A DNA stretch of 64,000 bases from Eledone cirrhosa (GCA_964016885.1 OZ024745.1:52514001-52578000), one strand, 5' to 3'; shown: positions 16,679 through 31,498, counted from the first letter of the stretch. The notes: generated from the sequence alone by a model not told the origin. Numbers and translations are program-made.

Positions 16679-17059
16679 AAGAAGAGAAATAGGACGATGG
16701 TAAACAGTTACAAAATAATTTAATCCACGTATTAACAATTGTTTCATCAGAATTTCAGTCCATTATTGCTACAATATGTTATAATAGGCAATCAAGAAAG
16801 ATACTGTAGCATCCGAATTTTCAAATGGTATTTTGAAAATTCGGATGCTACAGTATCTTACTGATGAAACAATTGTTAATACGTGGATTAAATTCTTTTG
16901 TAACTGTTTACCTTCGTCCTATTTCTCTTCTTTGATTACACTCCTTGTTTGTTCGTGTTTCCACTATAGAATCCATGCCAACCTGCCGAGTCACCTTGAC
17001 GTACGTTGAGAACTTTCCTCACAACTTGTTCTACAAAGCTTTGGAATACTCCTCATAAC

Positions 17060-17063
<4 letters not shown>
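16674..17063 (+). mobile_element. Fold-back insert with U3-A8 HHR (16828-16882)
   Basis: 16674-16750 pairs with 16861-16937, tail to 17063. HHR reads gtatt-TTGAAAA-...-GAAA-caattg-TT-aatac. Confidence 0.78.
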
Positions 17064-17149
<86 letters not shown>

Positions 17150-17155
<6 letters not shown>

Positions 17156-17455
17156 ATCAAAAGATGGTTTAAAGAGTTCCATGTATTTTATTATGCGCAT
17201 TTCAAAAACAAATATCATCATTCAATAACATTTCCGTTTTCGTCAGATAAAATAGGGAGACATGATATGAAGGTGAAAACGGAAATGTTATTGCATGATG
17301 ATTTGAAATGCGCATAATAAAATACATGGAACTCTTTTAACCATCTTTTGATCTTATATATTATTATTTATACTCCAGTCCTACAAACTGTAGAGTGCTA
17401 CTTATCCGATATATGCATTGCTTTATTGTACTACAATAAAACTCACCTCCTACAT
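17150..17455 (+). mobile_element. Fold-back made only of the pLTR end of the 6724-12889 PLE family
   Basis: Both arms match 12675-12889. Left arm is tail-less, right arm ends in aaactcacctcctacat. Confidence 0.9.
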
Positions 17456-17478
17456 ATATATATATATATAAGTTTATT

Positions 17479-17853
<375 letters not shown>

Positions 17854-17875
17854 TATATATATATATATTTATATT

Positions 17876-17932
<57 letters not shown>

Positions 17933-17996
17933 CGTAAAATAAGAAAATATTAAAAAAAAAAAAATTTTTAAACATTTTTTACTTACTTAAATTTTC

Positions 17997-18078
17997 ACTC
18001 CAACTAATTAGTTTCTGCAATGGGATAAAGACAGTTACGTAATCCAACTGTCGAGAATTCATTGCGTCATCAGGGAGT
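17997..18078 (-). ncRNA. Type I HHR, copy 1
   Basis: actcc-CTGATGA-cgcaatg..cattgca-GAAA-ctaattag-TT-ggagt. Confidence 0.85.
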
Positions 18079-18563
18079 CTATTCTCAGTTAAGTCTCCAG
18101 GCAATGCGCGGACACTGGCGGCTCATATAAAAATAATAATAATTCGGTAGATGGAACAGCTAGCGAGGACTGGATTCTATGTACCGAAATTCTCACTGCT
18201 TCAAGTCAAATGGCCGATTCTAAAGAATCAATCACGTGACACAGAGGCTGGTTAGAAGGAATGGGATGGTAAGATGACTGACGCCTACTAACACCCCCCA
18301 AAAAAGTTTTTTTAGAAGTGGTTTTGGCAAGTTTGCTCGACAAATCAGTGATTTGGAGATAAATATAGATCATTTAATATATCAACTAACATAAGTGCAC
18401 AGATGCACGCCCATGCTAGCAAATACACAGGTTATGTCATAGTACCTAGGTGGTTCAATGCAGGAGAATGCAGAACAATAATATAAAAGACGTAAAATAA
18501 GAAAATATTTTTAAAAAAAAAAAAAAAAAATGTTTTAAACATTTTTTACTTACTTAAATTTTC

Positions 18564-18645
18564 ACTCCAACTAATTAGTTTCTGCAATGGGATAAAGACA
18601 GTTACGTAATCCAACTGTCGAGAATTCATTGCGTCATCAGGGAGT
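18564..18645 (-). ncRNA. Type I HHR, copy 2
   Basis: Same sequence as copy 1, 567 nt away. Confidence 0.85.
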
Positions 18646-19148
18646 CTATTCTCAGTTAAGTCTCCAGGCAATGCGCGGACACTGGCGGCTCATATAAAAA
18701 TAATAATAATTCGGTAGATGGAACAGCTAGCGAGGACTGGATTCTATGTACCGAAATTCTCACTGCTTCAAGTCAAATGGCCGATTCTAAAGAATCAATC
18801 ACGTGACACAGAGGCTGGTTAGAAGGAATGGGATGGTAAGATGACTGACGCCTACTAACACCCCCAAAAAAAGTTTTTTTAGAAGTGGTTTTGGCAAGTT
18901 TGCTCGACAAATCAGTGATTTGGAGATAAATATAGATAATTTAATATATCAACTAACATAAGTGCACAGATGCACGCCCATGCTAGCAAATACACAGGTT
19001 ATGTCATAGTACCTAGGTGGTTCAATGCAGGAGAATGCAGAACAATAATATAAAAGACGTAAAATAAGAAAATATTAAAAAAAAAATTTTTTAAACATTT
19101 TTAACTTACTTAAATTTGTGCACTTATGTTAGTTGATATATTAAATTA

Positions 19149-19208
<60 letters not shown>

Positions 19209-19211
<3 letters not shown>

Positions 19212-22200
19212 TAGCGAGGTTTTTCATATGAAATCGTGTGTCGAAACAAATATTGTTATACTTGGCGAGGGTCATATTTGTGTAATATTGCCAGAATTAA
19301 TAACAGAACACACTCACTGTTTGGTTGGTTTTCGCTTCTCGCTGTCTTTTATATCTTCGATCTAACTTACTCGGTCCTCAATGATGCCATTGACTGACCG
19401 ACGGTCAAAAATAATACAGATACAATATAGACACAAACACATATATATAGTTTACATAATTTACATAAATCTTTCGTTGCACATCTGCAACATCGTCAGT
19501 GGTGTTATATTTTTTCCTCCTGTTGTGTTGTATGTCTACGCCATTTTTATTCAGTCTGTCTATATATTTATTTATTTATTTGCTTGTTTGTTTATTTTAT
19601 TTTGTCTTCTTTGCGCATGCGTTTGCGTGTGTGTATAGTGTTATGTTTGCTGTGTGACTAGTGTGTATAGTGTTGTGTTTGCTGGGTGACTAGTGTGTGT
19701 TTATGTGCTTGTTGTTATTGTGCTTGTGTATGTATTTATTTATCTTATTTTATTTTATTTTATTTACTTATTTATACTTCTTTTAGGTCAGTGTTGTTTG
19801 TTTGGGTGTTGTTGTTGTTCCACTCATTATTTCTGTTTAGCTTTGGTCTTCTAATTTCTATTTCACTGGCCTCTCTGATTTGCCTATCTGCTGGGTCATT
19901 CCTATGTTTAGATATTATACTAATTTCTATGTTGTCTATGTTACCGTCATGTTGTTGTTTAGCATGTTCGTATAGTACTGACCCGTTTTTTTCGTCCTTT
20001 TAGTTCCCCCCAGTGTTGGTCTATCCTTTCACCTATGCTACGAGCTGTCTCTCCTATGTATGTTGTTGTCATGTTTCTGCAAGTACCCTCTGTACATCTT
20101 ATGCTATAGACTACGTTTCTAGTTTTACAGTTTATCCGGGGGTTCACCTTACATATGATACATTGCCTATTGGTACAGTGGGTTTTCTTAAAAGGGTAGG
20201 TTTTGATGATCAGGGATTTTATGGTGGTTCCTGGCTTTTCTACCACCTTTATTTTTAAGTGGGTCTTTCTCAGGGCCTTTCTACACTGGTTAGCTAATTT
20301 CCCTCCAGGGGTGGCGTCCGCAAACATGACACTCTGATATCTCTGGTTGTCGTACCAAGATGTGGACTTCCCTATCTTATGTCTAGCCCTATCTAAGCTA
20401 TTCCATAATTTGCTCCTGTATAATGGGCAAATTCCTTTTATGTCCAGTTCTATGAGGGTCTTATACTTTTCCATGGCTCCTTCGTATACTCTGACTCTGT
20501 CTTTTGGTTGTAGCCAGAGAACTGCATGCGGTTGATGAAGTGTTGGATGTGTCTTTCCATTTCTGTTGGGTCGCACATGCTGGACACATTCTTCATCACT
20601 CGTACCAAATCTGCGATCAGAATATTAAACTTAACACTACTGGACATTGCTGAGTTTTTGAGCATCAGGTATTTGGGGGCCATGGGTTTAGCATAGTGTG
20701 AGTGGAGAATTTGGGCTCTCTCGTCTATAGTGTTAATCCAGAGTTCTGTGTCTAATACAGGTAGTGTATTGTTAGGGTGTTTGGAAGGGAAGTCGATAGT
20801 TACAGTTATACTCTGGTGTATGGAATTAGCTATCTGCTGGATGCTTTCCATCGTGCTACGTTCTAAATCAAACTTGTTGGTGCTCTCTAGTGGGGGTGTT
20901 CTTATAAGTATATTGATATCGTCTACATAACGAGAGTACATGATGAGGTCTATGGAGCTTTCATTAAGGAGATCGTTAAGTCTCCTTTCCCACCATACCA
21001 TGAAAAGTTTGGCAATATCACCAGCTATGCTGACGCCGATGGCTGCTCCCTCATTTTGGGTGTAGATTTTCTCATTGAACTTAAATATGTGGCCCTTTAG
21101 AGTAGTTTTGATACTAGCCCCTATTGCATGTGCGACCATTTTTCTTACCTGATCATTGTTTTGGGGGATCCGTATAGCTTTGGTCCACCCAATCCACCTT
21201 CCCATGGGAGTCTTTTTTGTCATTGAGGTTATGGTGGGGGGTCTACCTCTGATAGGTCTACTAGGCCAGAAACATCTAAGGTCATGGCTGTCTAGATAGT
21301 CAGTGTCGTAGGTAAGTCTAAGTAGGAGGCCCAGTTCGTCTGTGTCGACGTCGCAGAACTCCACCTCACTCTCAATGATCATCTCCACATATCTTTACAC
21401 AGCAAAATCAATGTTAATGGATGGGTACAGTGACACCACATCCATGCTGCCTATTATGCTGTTGGATAGGCTCCTGTTTTTGTTGCACTCAATGATTCTG
21501 CTAAGGAGGTCCTCTGTACTTTCACATACATCTGGGGACATCTTGATTATGGGGCGTATAACCATTGAGAGGAAGTAGGAGATCCTGTAGTTGCTAGCTA
21601 TATTAGCTCCGCATACGGGTCTTGTTGGTGGTCCTGTTGTCGGGTAGTCGACTGTCTTGTGGTCTTTGCGGAGCCCATATAAGGGTGGTATGCCATTGTT
21701 AGACGCCTGGAAGTTGTTGGCAGTGCGTCTGCTTGGCTTTAGGATGTCAGTCAACATCATCATGTGAGCGTTGAGGATTTTTTCTCTCCCATCGTGTGTT
21801 TGTTGTGCCACTTCGCTCGTGTTGGTGATGTGGGGTTGCATAGCCTCGATGTAGTTCGGCATGCTATCTATTGACATCCTATCAGACTTATCTGTGGGTA
21901 GACACACTACCTCACCATCCCTTGTGACAAGCACATAAACACACACTAGTCACCCAGCAAACACAACACTATACACACTAGTCACACAGCAAACATAACA
22001 CTATACACACACGCAAATGCATGCGCAAAGAAGACAAAATAAAATAAACAAACAAGCAAATAAATAAATAAATATATAGACAGACTGAATAAAAAATGGC
22101 GTAGACATACAACTCAACAGGAGGAAATAATATAACACCACTGACGATGTTGCAGATGTGCAACGAAAGATTTATGTAAATTAAGTAAACTATATATATG

Positions 22201-22382
22201 TGTTTGTGTCTATATTGTATCTGTATTATTTTTGACCGTCGGTCAGTCAATGGCAACATTGAGGACCGAGTAAGTTAGATCGCAGATATAAAAGACAGCG
22301 AGAAGCGAAAACCAACCAAACAGTGAGTGTGTTCTGTTATTAATTCTGGCAATATTACACAAATATGACCCTCCCCAAGTAT

Positions 22383-22388
<6 letters not shown>
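19209..22388 (-). mobile_element. 5'-truncated PLE (second clade) with inverted pLTR
   Basis: ~21930-22388 is the reverse complement of ~19250-19710. HHR-like core CTGACGA-t-gttgca/tgcaac-GAAA at 22136-22176 (+) and 19464-19504 (-). (TA)n flanks. Confidence 0.92.
19790..21930 (-). pseudogene. PLE RT + GIY-YIG, frameshifted
   Basis: PTDKS, LYGLRKDHK, PTRPVCGA, SMDVVSLYPSI, QNEGAAIG, YSRYVDD, LPVLDT, C..C..C..C, VVYSIRC..YIGETARSIGER. Confidence 0.92.
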
Positions 22389-22439
<51 letters not shown>

Positions 22440-22440
<1 letters not shown>

Positions 22441-22803
22441 TTGTAGTAAGATTGCTACGATGTGTCCATAGGTGGTATGCCAGTTGGGCCCTCTATGGTC
22501 CTTCGGAGCATAGTATAATACACGAACTCTTTCAAGGACCGGAGTAAGAGACACTCCACTAGTCTTGGGGACTTGATATGGGACTTGAAGGACAGCGGCA
22601 CCACGTACGATCTCAACTGGAGTATCTTTCAAAGTGCTAATGCATATTCGGCCGGGGAGGGGAAGAGTCTTGAAGATGAAGGACGTGAAGATAGTTAATT
22701 TAAAGGATGACGCAGTCAACCTGAAATCGGAGATCATCATGACATGTAGACACCAACGAAAGTGCACACTCTCCACATGGGAAACTCCGGATGGCCCCAA
22801 CTA
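22440..22803 (+). pseudogene. Degraded C-terminal GIY-YIG region of another Naiad-like PLE
   Basis: TNSFKDRSKRHSTSL / IWDLKDSGTTYDLNWSIFQSANAYSAG / NLKSEIIMTCRHQRKCTLS, parallel to the C-termini at 11500-11790 and 50290-50530. Confidence 0.75.
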
Positions 22804-23372
22804 GAGCCATACGGGGAAGTGAACATCAGTCAGGGTGACGGCGCAGGTCCATGGGATCCGACATCATACCTTGATGATTATGTATGTCGTGTGGGGCATG
22901 TCAACACACTCGATGTTTCACATTTGAGTCTGTACTTTATCTAATACACCACCGTCGCAATAGCCAGAACACAGCGGTTCAATTTGCATGGGTATACTCA
23001 ATCTCGTATCACACATCACTAAAGCATTTTGTTTCAGCGACAGTAACATACTCCGTTACAAACTGTTTTTTCCGTAATCCCTGCATATATATATTGTTTT
23101 ATGTAGCGTATATGTTTTCTCTACGTATTCCATTATGTAACGTTTTATGTATTTTTTCATGTACATCCTCATATGTATTTTTTATATATTTTTATATATG
23201 CTTTAAATAGATCCTTTGCATATTCTTTGTGTACTCCCTGATGTACAGCATCATATGCATATTTCTATGCACTTTCCATGTAATTTTGTACAGTTTCTTT
23301 TCATATGTGCGCATACGTGGGTGTGTATGGGTGGGTGTATATATATATATATATGTGTGTTTGTTTGTGTAT

Positions 23373-23459
<87 letters not shown>

Positions 23460-23521
23460 TGTGTGAGTAAGCCTGACTGACTGCATATGCACGCGCGAGC
23501 ATATGTATGGCTGTGCATATA

Positions 23522-23572
<51 letters not shown>

Positions 23573-23574
<2 letters not shown>

Positions 23575-24005
23575 GTGGACAATTAAGAAATCGGAGAACA
23601 GACCGTTAAAACATGTTTATTTAAAACAGCACCTACTGGCTTGACCTACTGCAAAATCAAAACACGCTTTTGTTGCAAAGAATAAATTATGGCGTGAACC
23701 TAACCCCCAAAACACTTTCCGAGCAATGTAAGGAACACTTTTGGTTATTTATGCCCTTGACAAGCCCAACTGGGCGAAACGTACGTAGGTGCTGTTTTAA
23801 ATAAACATGTTTTAGCGGTCTGTTCTCCGATTTCTTAATTTTCCACGTGCTTACGCTCAGCTAACTCTCTCGCCCACTAAATATTGACACTTCTAATATT
23901 TAATACTGCCGACACGAGTATTGAGCGCCTTTTGCATACGCTATTTGGCAAATAACTACATTTATCACCTATCCTTCCTTTTTTTCTCTCTCTCGATACG
24001 TAAAT
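23573..24005 (+). mobile_element. Fold-back insert with U3-A8 minimal HHR (23753-23792)
   Basis: 23573-23636 is the inverse of 23785-23848. HHR reads gccc-TTGACAA-gccc/gggc-GAAA-cgtacg-TA-ggtgc. Confidence 0.82.
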
Positions 24006-24472
24006 ACTTTATATATATATTTATATATATATATATATATGCGAGTGTATATATGGATAGGGTCTCTGGGTCCGTGTATGTGTACGTGAATGAGGGGTGA
24101 AATTATACATGCATACGTTTGTACGCAAACGCGCTGGCTCTATGTGTGTGTGTGTGTGTATGTCCGCACAGATAGGTATGTGATCAGGAGCTCGGAATGT
24201 CTGTATATATGTGAGCACATCTGTGATCACACGTGTGTGCGGGTGTATATATGTCGGGCGACGGGCAAGCTAGGAAATAGCAAGGCAGTTCATAAGCCCT
24301 CGCCCACCTAGCAGTAAATCCGGCGACAGAATTAAGGTGAGTGACAGCTCACGCCCGAATGGAAATATCAGTGGGCAGATTTGAAAGGTCAAACATATAG
24401 ATGATGGCAGATGATAGAAATTCGAAGGGTCGGAGTCCAACTGAACGAGGATTTGGTTCGAAATCACTAGAT

Positions 24473-24561
24473 GTACCTGAGGAATTTGCGAATCCAGAGT
24501 CAGGTGCGATCAACAAACAAATCGCACCTCGAGCTGTTCGACGGAGAAACAATTGTAATAC
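24473..24561 (+). ncRNA. Type I HHR with extended helix II near an element 3' end (~24250-24605)
   Basis: gtac-CTGAGGA-...aggtgcgat/atcgcacct...-GAAA-caattg-TA-atac. (TA)n begins 45 nt downstream. Confidence 0.65.
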
Positions 24562-24612
24562 GTAATAAATTGTGTTCCGATACATCACAGTTTCTTCGTT
24601 TTCCATATATAT

Positions 24613-25680
<1,068 letters not shown>

Positions 25681-25704
25681 CTCTCTCTATATATATATAT
25701 ATAT

Positions 25705-25912
25705 TTATTAAAATAACAGATTCAAGTTTAAGCAAAGAATCGATGCTTTCACCCTTAACGGGATCTTCTGAAAGTAACAAAGTCAATCTGTCAACGCAGA
25801 AGTGAATATTTAAAAAAACGTTGCAACCGAAGGAAGACAGGAAGACGATACTTTGGTTCGTAGAAACGTTCCCTGGCAAAGAACGGGAAAAAAGCGAATA
25901 TAAACGTCATTA
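25705..25912 (-). mobile_element. Family C single arm
   Basis: Matches 24709-24915. Confidence 0.85.
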
Positions 25913-25916
25913 TTAG

Positions 25917-26085
25917 GAGGTTAACTTTGCCTTTCATCCTTACGGGGTCGATAAAATAAAGTACCAGTAATACACTGGGTATTTGCTGGCCTTGTGCCTA
26001 ACGTAGAAACAATTATTACTATTATGTACCAGTAATGCACTGCGTAATTGCTGGCCTTGTGCCTAAAGTAGAAACAATTATTATT
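25917..26085 (+). mobile_element. SINE 3' half with duplicated tail
   Basis: ttgcctttcatccttacggggtcgataaaataaagtaccagt...gtagaaacaatt. Confidence 0.85.
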
Positions 26086-26299
26086 ACTATTGTGTAATGT
26101 AGATTGTGCGTGTTTCGATAGATGTGTTTGTAGAGGCACTCGGTTATATAGATATATTTTGATTTGAAATATATATTTTACTATTTATCCTTCAAACTAC
26201 AAATATTCTCGGCAGAGCTATATGTAAGATAATAGCTTGCAGGTGGTTGATCATATTACGACATGACGTTTAGTTGCGATATAATCGTGCTCCTGCCGG

Positions 26300-26520
26300 G
26301 CGAAAAATTAAACACAGAGAAACAGTGGTAAGTAGAAATGAAAACAGTGCTGGGAAGACAGATACACTCGTCCTGACATGAGTGGATTACTTCTGAAGCA
26401 GGTGGAGAATTTCATGTGCCTTGGAATCGTGATCACAGGTGATGGAAGTTAGTGCGGGTAAATAAGTTCAAATATTGAAGAAGCTAGTACTGTAATGTGC
26501 CAGCATCACCATTCGGTCAT
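26300..26520 (+). mobile_element. Degraded RTE-type LINE fragment
   Basis: GLLLKQVENFMCLGIVITGDG..ISSNIEEASTVM resembles the post-RT LEQV..FKYLG...DG..I..RI..AS region. Confidence 0.55.
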
Positions 26521-27087
26521 CTTCAATATTTAAAATAATCCTGTGATCTTAATGGAGATAAAGAAATAAGGAGGAAATGGATAATTCTCTAAGAAATGTT
26601 ATGCTAATTGACTTAAAAATAGGTTTGAAAAAATGATAAAGATTTATAGGATAAGAATTCATTGCCTTGAATTTATTTCGGTTTCGATTCTATCAATTTA
26701 ATCGAACATCTTATATTGTTATCTAATAGATAACAATAGAAGCTATTTGAGTAAATAGATAGTATTGAAACAGAAATAAGTTCAATGAAATGAAGAAATT
26801 AATTAGTAAGGGACGAGAGATAAATACCACCAATATTATAGATACATAACTGTATGTAAATATACACACTCAAGGTAGTAGACATGATTTTATAAATAAA
26901 GATTAGATATAGAAAAGTTTGTGAATATCTCTATACCAATCAAGCGTGATTGATAATATCTAGGCGTAGATATAAAATTCCGAAAATATAATAAAGGTAC
27001 ATGATGGTATAATTGGAATAACTGAAAGAAAGAAAATAGAATAAGTATATAATAATAGTAAAAGAATGTATAAATATTATACCCTAA

Positions 27088-27185
27088 TAAGTGTTTCTAC
27101 TTTTGGTACAAGGCCGGCAATTACCTCAGTGCATTACTGGTACTTTATTTTATCGACCCCGTAAGGATGAAAGGCAAAGTTAACA
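27088..27185 (-). mobile_element. SINE 3' half
   Basis: Same family core. Confidence 0.85.
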
Positions 27186-27661
27186 TCGTATTATTATACC
27201 TTAATAATTTGATGATATTATGTTAGATTTAAAGAGAAGTAACATTCGAAAAGGAAGATGCGGGTGGAAAATGATAAAGAAGTATATAAACACATACTCG
27301 AATAACACAAATGAGAAAAAAAATGAAAGATTTCAAGTAGTAGCTTGTTAAAGACATAATGCAATTAAAACATTATGTAAACACTCTCAAGTACTTCGTT
27401 TAGTGAATTTCAAAGTCAGCACAAAACCATTTTCTTTCTCCAGATCAAGAATTGGCTGGGGAGAGCATTATCCATTTTAGGTTATAGGTTATATGACGGG
27501 CTTTGAGTTCTAATGTTATATGAAGAGGTAACTCATTCTTACGCAGAAATTGCAAAAATAATTATAAATATCTACACAAACCTATTACAATGGAATAGTA
27601 GAAAAATACTTTAATAACCCATATATATATACATATATATGTAGATAGATAGATGGACATA

Positions 27662-27772
<111 letters not shown>

Positions 27773-30002
27773 TGTGTATGCGTGTGTGTATATGTGTGTG
27801 TGCGTGTGTGAGAAGGCCTTAATAATGAGTTAATTGATGTGAATCTCATGTCAGACTTTGTAGCCGACATTAGAGATAAGGAACCGAAATATAGCAGCGC
27901 CTCATGTATTTCGATATCATTTTAAACTTTAAGGCTGATATTATTTGCAGAAATGATTCTAACCTTTAATCACCATGACGAAACTTTTGGGTATTTTAGC
28001 TCAGGATAGTTTCAATATATGTTGACGGTTTGTCAGTCTTGATATAAATATCGTTCGAAAATTTCACATGACACATTGTCAAGTGATTCACGGGTGTTTG
28101 TTGAATCATTCCGAAACAAGCTCGAATGAAGATGTCCTTCTTCATAACATGCATTATTGTGTGTGAGATGTTTCAAACTATTCAGACAGAAAATGTAAGT
28201 ATATAGTTGGGAGCAGTTGTGAACATGTATGATCTACAAATTATGATCTAGATGATAGCACACTATTTTCAATATATACCGAGAAAGCAAAGGGCAACAA
28301 TGTCAACAGTCAAAATAGGGCTATTGTATATATTTAAGGACACTTCAAAGTGTACATCTGGCTCTGTTATAGTGGAATATAAATTGCCCAAGAAAAGAAA
28401 TCTTTGTACTAATTTAAGTGGCATGATATCCTCAATCGGAGATACATTGGTGGAAAATACTTTCTACTGTATCATGACGAATCATTGGAGCAAACGCAAG
28501 TATCCAGACATGCACATGATCGGGTGTCATTCTAGATGTTAGGAAGCTACCGGACAACAACTATCAATATTTTATGGAATATGAGTAATGCATAGCATAC
28601 CTAGACCTTTCAAGTGTTAAGCCGGTATGTTTTAGGTGGAAATCACTTGGTATTATTCAGAAGAAATGTAATTAGAGGGGATAGAAAGGAAATGCCTTCG
28701 AATAAATAGAAAATACGTGACAAAACTTGTTAAGAGAATGGTGTAGAAAAAAAATATTCTACCACATTTTTGATCATTGTAATAAGATATTTTTTAATGC
28801 TATTCTTATGATACGGTGGTCTTATTGAGCTGCAAAAACATTCGACCTATTGTAATTATTTTGATGTGTATATTTGTAAGTATTGCAGCTTCTAATAAAA
28901 AAACAAAACAAACACCTGGTTTAGAATTAGATAATAGTTTGCCGTTGTGGGTTTGCGTGATATTATTTACGTTATTGCATCACCTATGATCTTCGACCGA
29001 TGTAAAAATAACGGTTTAATTATCAGTGTTTCTTTTCATTTCATATTTTTCGTGATTTCATTTTTCCAAATATATAATATGCAGCGACGTATGTCGTTCG
29101 GAATTCGCAATTCTATAAATATAACTATCTATCTGTAGTTTTGTATAGACTTACGGATACCTTTTAAATTAGTTAATGCTTTATTTACATATTCATTTAT
29201 TTTGATAAGTGAATTATGTCATTATAACACGCACTACTTCAATTGCATTATAGGCATTTTGAATTCGTCACGTTATATGATATAAACCTTTGGGCTGAGT
29301 GAATATATAACATGAATAACCATTATCAATACCTCATATCGTGTATTTGTTTTTGTTTTCAATAAGTGAATTCAGCTTCTCTATTACATTAATGATTATC
29401 ATGAATAAGTCATATATTTCCAGAGAGCATTTCAATATGCATTGATATTAAAATAATCTATGGTCCATAATCTGTTTACATAATAAGTATCCTATTAAAA
29501 ATCTTGCCTCCAAAGACGGATCAGATTTTCCGTTGCGCATGTAAATTCAGTTTTATGGAAATAATTGCCAATTTTGTAAAGTTATGCCAACAGATCTACT
29601 GAAAAGAATTAAAAAATACTTTTGATAATCTCTTTTCGATTTCAAACTAAGAAACATTTATTTGAGAATGCTTAACGTACCTCATTCTATATATCTGATT
29701 TATCTAATTTCAAGTTTATGACTCTTAAAAATTGTTGTTCTGAGCTCAATATATATTGCTTAAGCACAAACGGTTAGAAAATACTTTAAGTTAACTTTTA
29801 ATTTCAATGATGTAAATGCTAACAAATAATTGATAGTGTTAAGATCTAATGAATTATTTTAAATAAGTATGGGATTGAATTAATCGAAAAAAGAATAGAA
29901 AATGCTTACAGTAAATGCTTTCAACGACATATATGCAAAAACACTCTCATATAAAAAACACGCATTCATGAAACGATATTTATTTACGCCCATTATCTGT
30001 TA

Positions 30003-30408
30003 CGGGCATTTACGATCTGAGTTTAACTCCAGCCGAGGTTAACTTTGCCTTTCATCCCTACGGGGTCGATAAAATAAAGTGCCAGTAATACACTGGGATT
30101 ATTGCTGCTGGCCTTGTGCCAAAAGTAGAAACAATTATCTATTCTGAGTCCCTTTATGATCTGAGTTCAAATCCCGCCGAAATTAACTTTGCCTTTCATC
30201 CTTACAGGGTCGCTAAAATAAAGTACCAGTAGTACTGGTACTAATACTGGGATTATTGCTGGCTTTGTACCAAATATAGAAGCAATTATCTATTTTGAGT
30301 TCAAATCCCGCCGTGGTTAACTTTGCCTTTGATCCTTACGGGGTCGATAAAATATAGCACCAGTAATACACTGGGGTAGTTTTGTGCCGAAAGTAGAAAC
30401 AATTATCT
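30003..30408 (+). mobile_element. Three tandem 5'-truncated SINE copies
   Basis: B-box gagttcaaatcc plus family core repeated three times. Confidence 0.88.
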
Positions 30409-30779
30409 ATTTACATATGTATGTATGCATCTATGTATGTATTTATGTCTGTATTATTTTCTGGTTTTTATAAATTTTATAAATATTTACCAATAAAGAG
30501 AATCGGTTTCTAACATAGACACAAGACTCTTTCATTGGAACTTAGACAGCATCAGCTAGGCAGATATGTCTGCATGTCTGCATGTATGCATGTGTGGATA
30601 TTATTGTATCTGTGGATGTGTATGTTTGAGTTATATGCGTGTATATGTATATGCTTTGAATCTGTGTACATGCATCCAGTTATTACATGCATTTATCTTT
30701 AATGTTTCACATATTTTTACTGTTCCATTTCATTTGAAGTTTATTCAACTCTAAAGTTTTCAACTCTTTGATCAGTGAA

Positions 30780-31090
30780 CGTCTATATGATGATGGTGAC
30801 ATATTACTTCACAATGAGAAGGGCTTGTAAAGCCTGATCATTGATTTCGATATTTATGATGTATTCAGTCTCATAATTAATTTTAAAATGATTGTTGTAA
30901 TGCTCGAAAATCCTGCTGGGGAATAGGCAACTGTGCCTCGAATCCTTGTTGAGGGCACAATGCTAAGGGTGGTGAACTCCTTTGAATAGCTTGGTAGTTG
31001 GATATAAGCATTTGATACTGCTATGAGATCTCGTATACAAAAGGCAGCAAGTGCCATTGCTGGACTAGAAATGAGTCTGGCCACAATGTC
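30780..31090 (+). mobile_element. Degraded RTE-type LINE RT fragment
   Basis: LYDDGDILLHNEKGL..; PRILVEGTMLRVVNSFE*LGS..MRSRIQKAASAIAGL. Confidence 0.6.
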
Positions 31091-31413
31091 ACATTATGTT
31101 TGAAACTAATATTGCTGTATATACGTTAGACATGATTGTTAAAGCGACTGATAGGTCACTAGTTTCTTTCATTTCTTTCGTTTCTTTCGTGTACAAATTC
31201 TGCGGACCACATAAGCATCATTAGCAAGCTTGCACTGATAGCCCTGCATCCACTATAGACGCAAGGGACTTTTACCTTAGCTCGCATTCACGTGCTATTA
31301 GGTGGTACATATATATATGGGTACATTTTACACATAATCACCCGCACACACACATACCCACATATTCACATGCACACACACATTCACATACACACATCTA
31401 CATACACACACAC

Positions 31414-31483
<70 letters not shown>

Positions 31484-31498
31484 GAGTGTGTGTGTATA

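Larger units (their letters stand above)
17927..19152 (-). mobile_element. Tandem ~560-bp HHR unit (2.1 copies) with terminal inversion; retrozyme-like
   Basis: Units start at 17931, 18489 and 19056. 19117-19152 is the reverse complement of 18931-18968. No ORF. Confidence 0.88.

Noticed and set aside
27960-28560. Possible decayed integrase/transposase
   Set aside because: Only vague motif echoes and no continuous frame
30003-30408. CRISPR-like repeat-spacer array
   Set aside because: Units are ~130-bp SINE copies in eukaryotic DNA with no unique spacers
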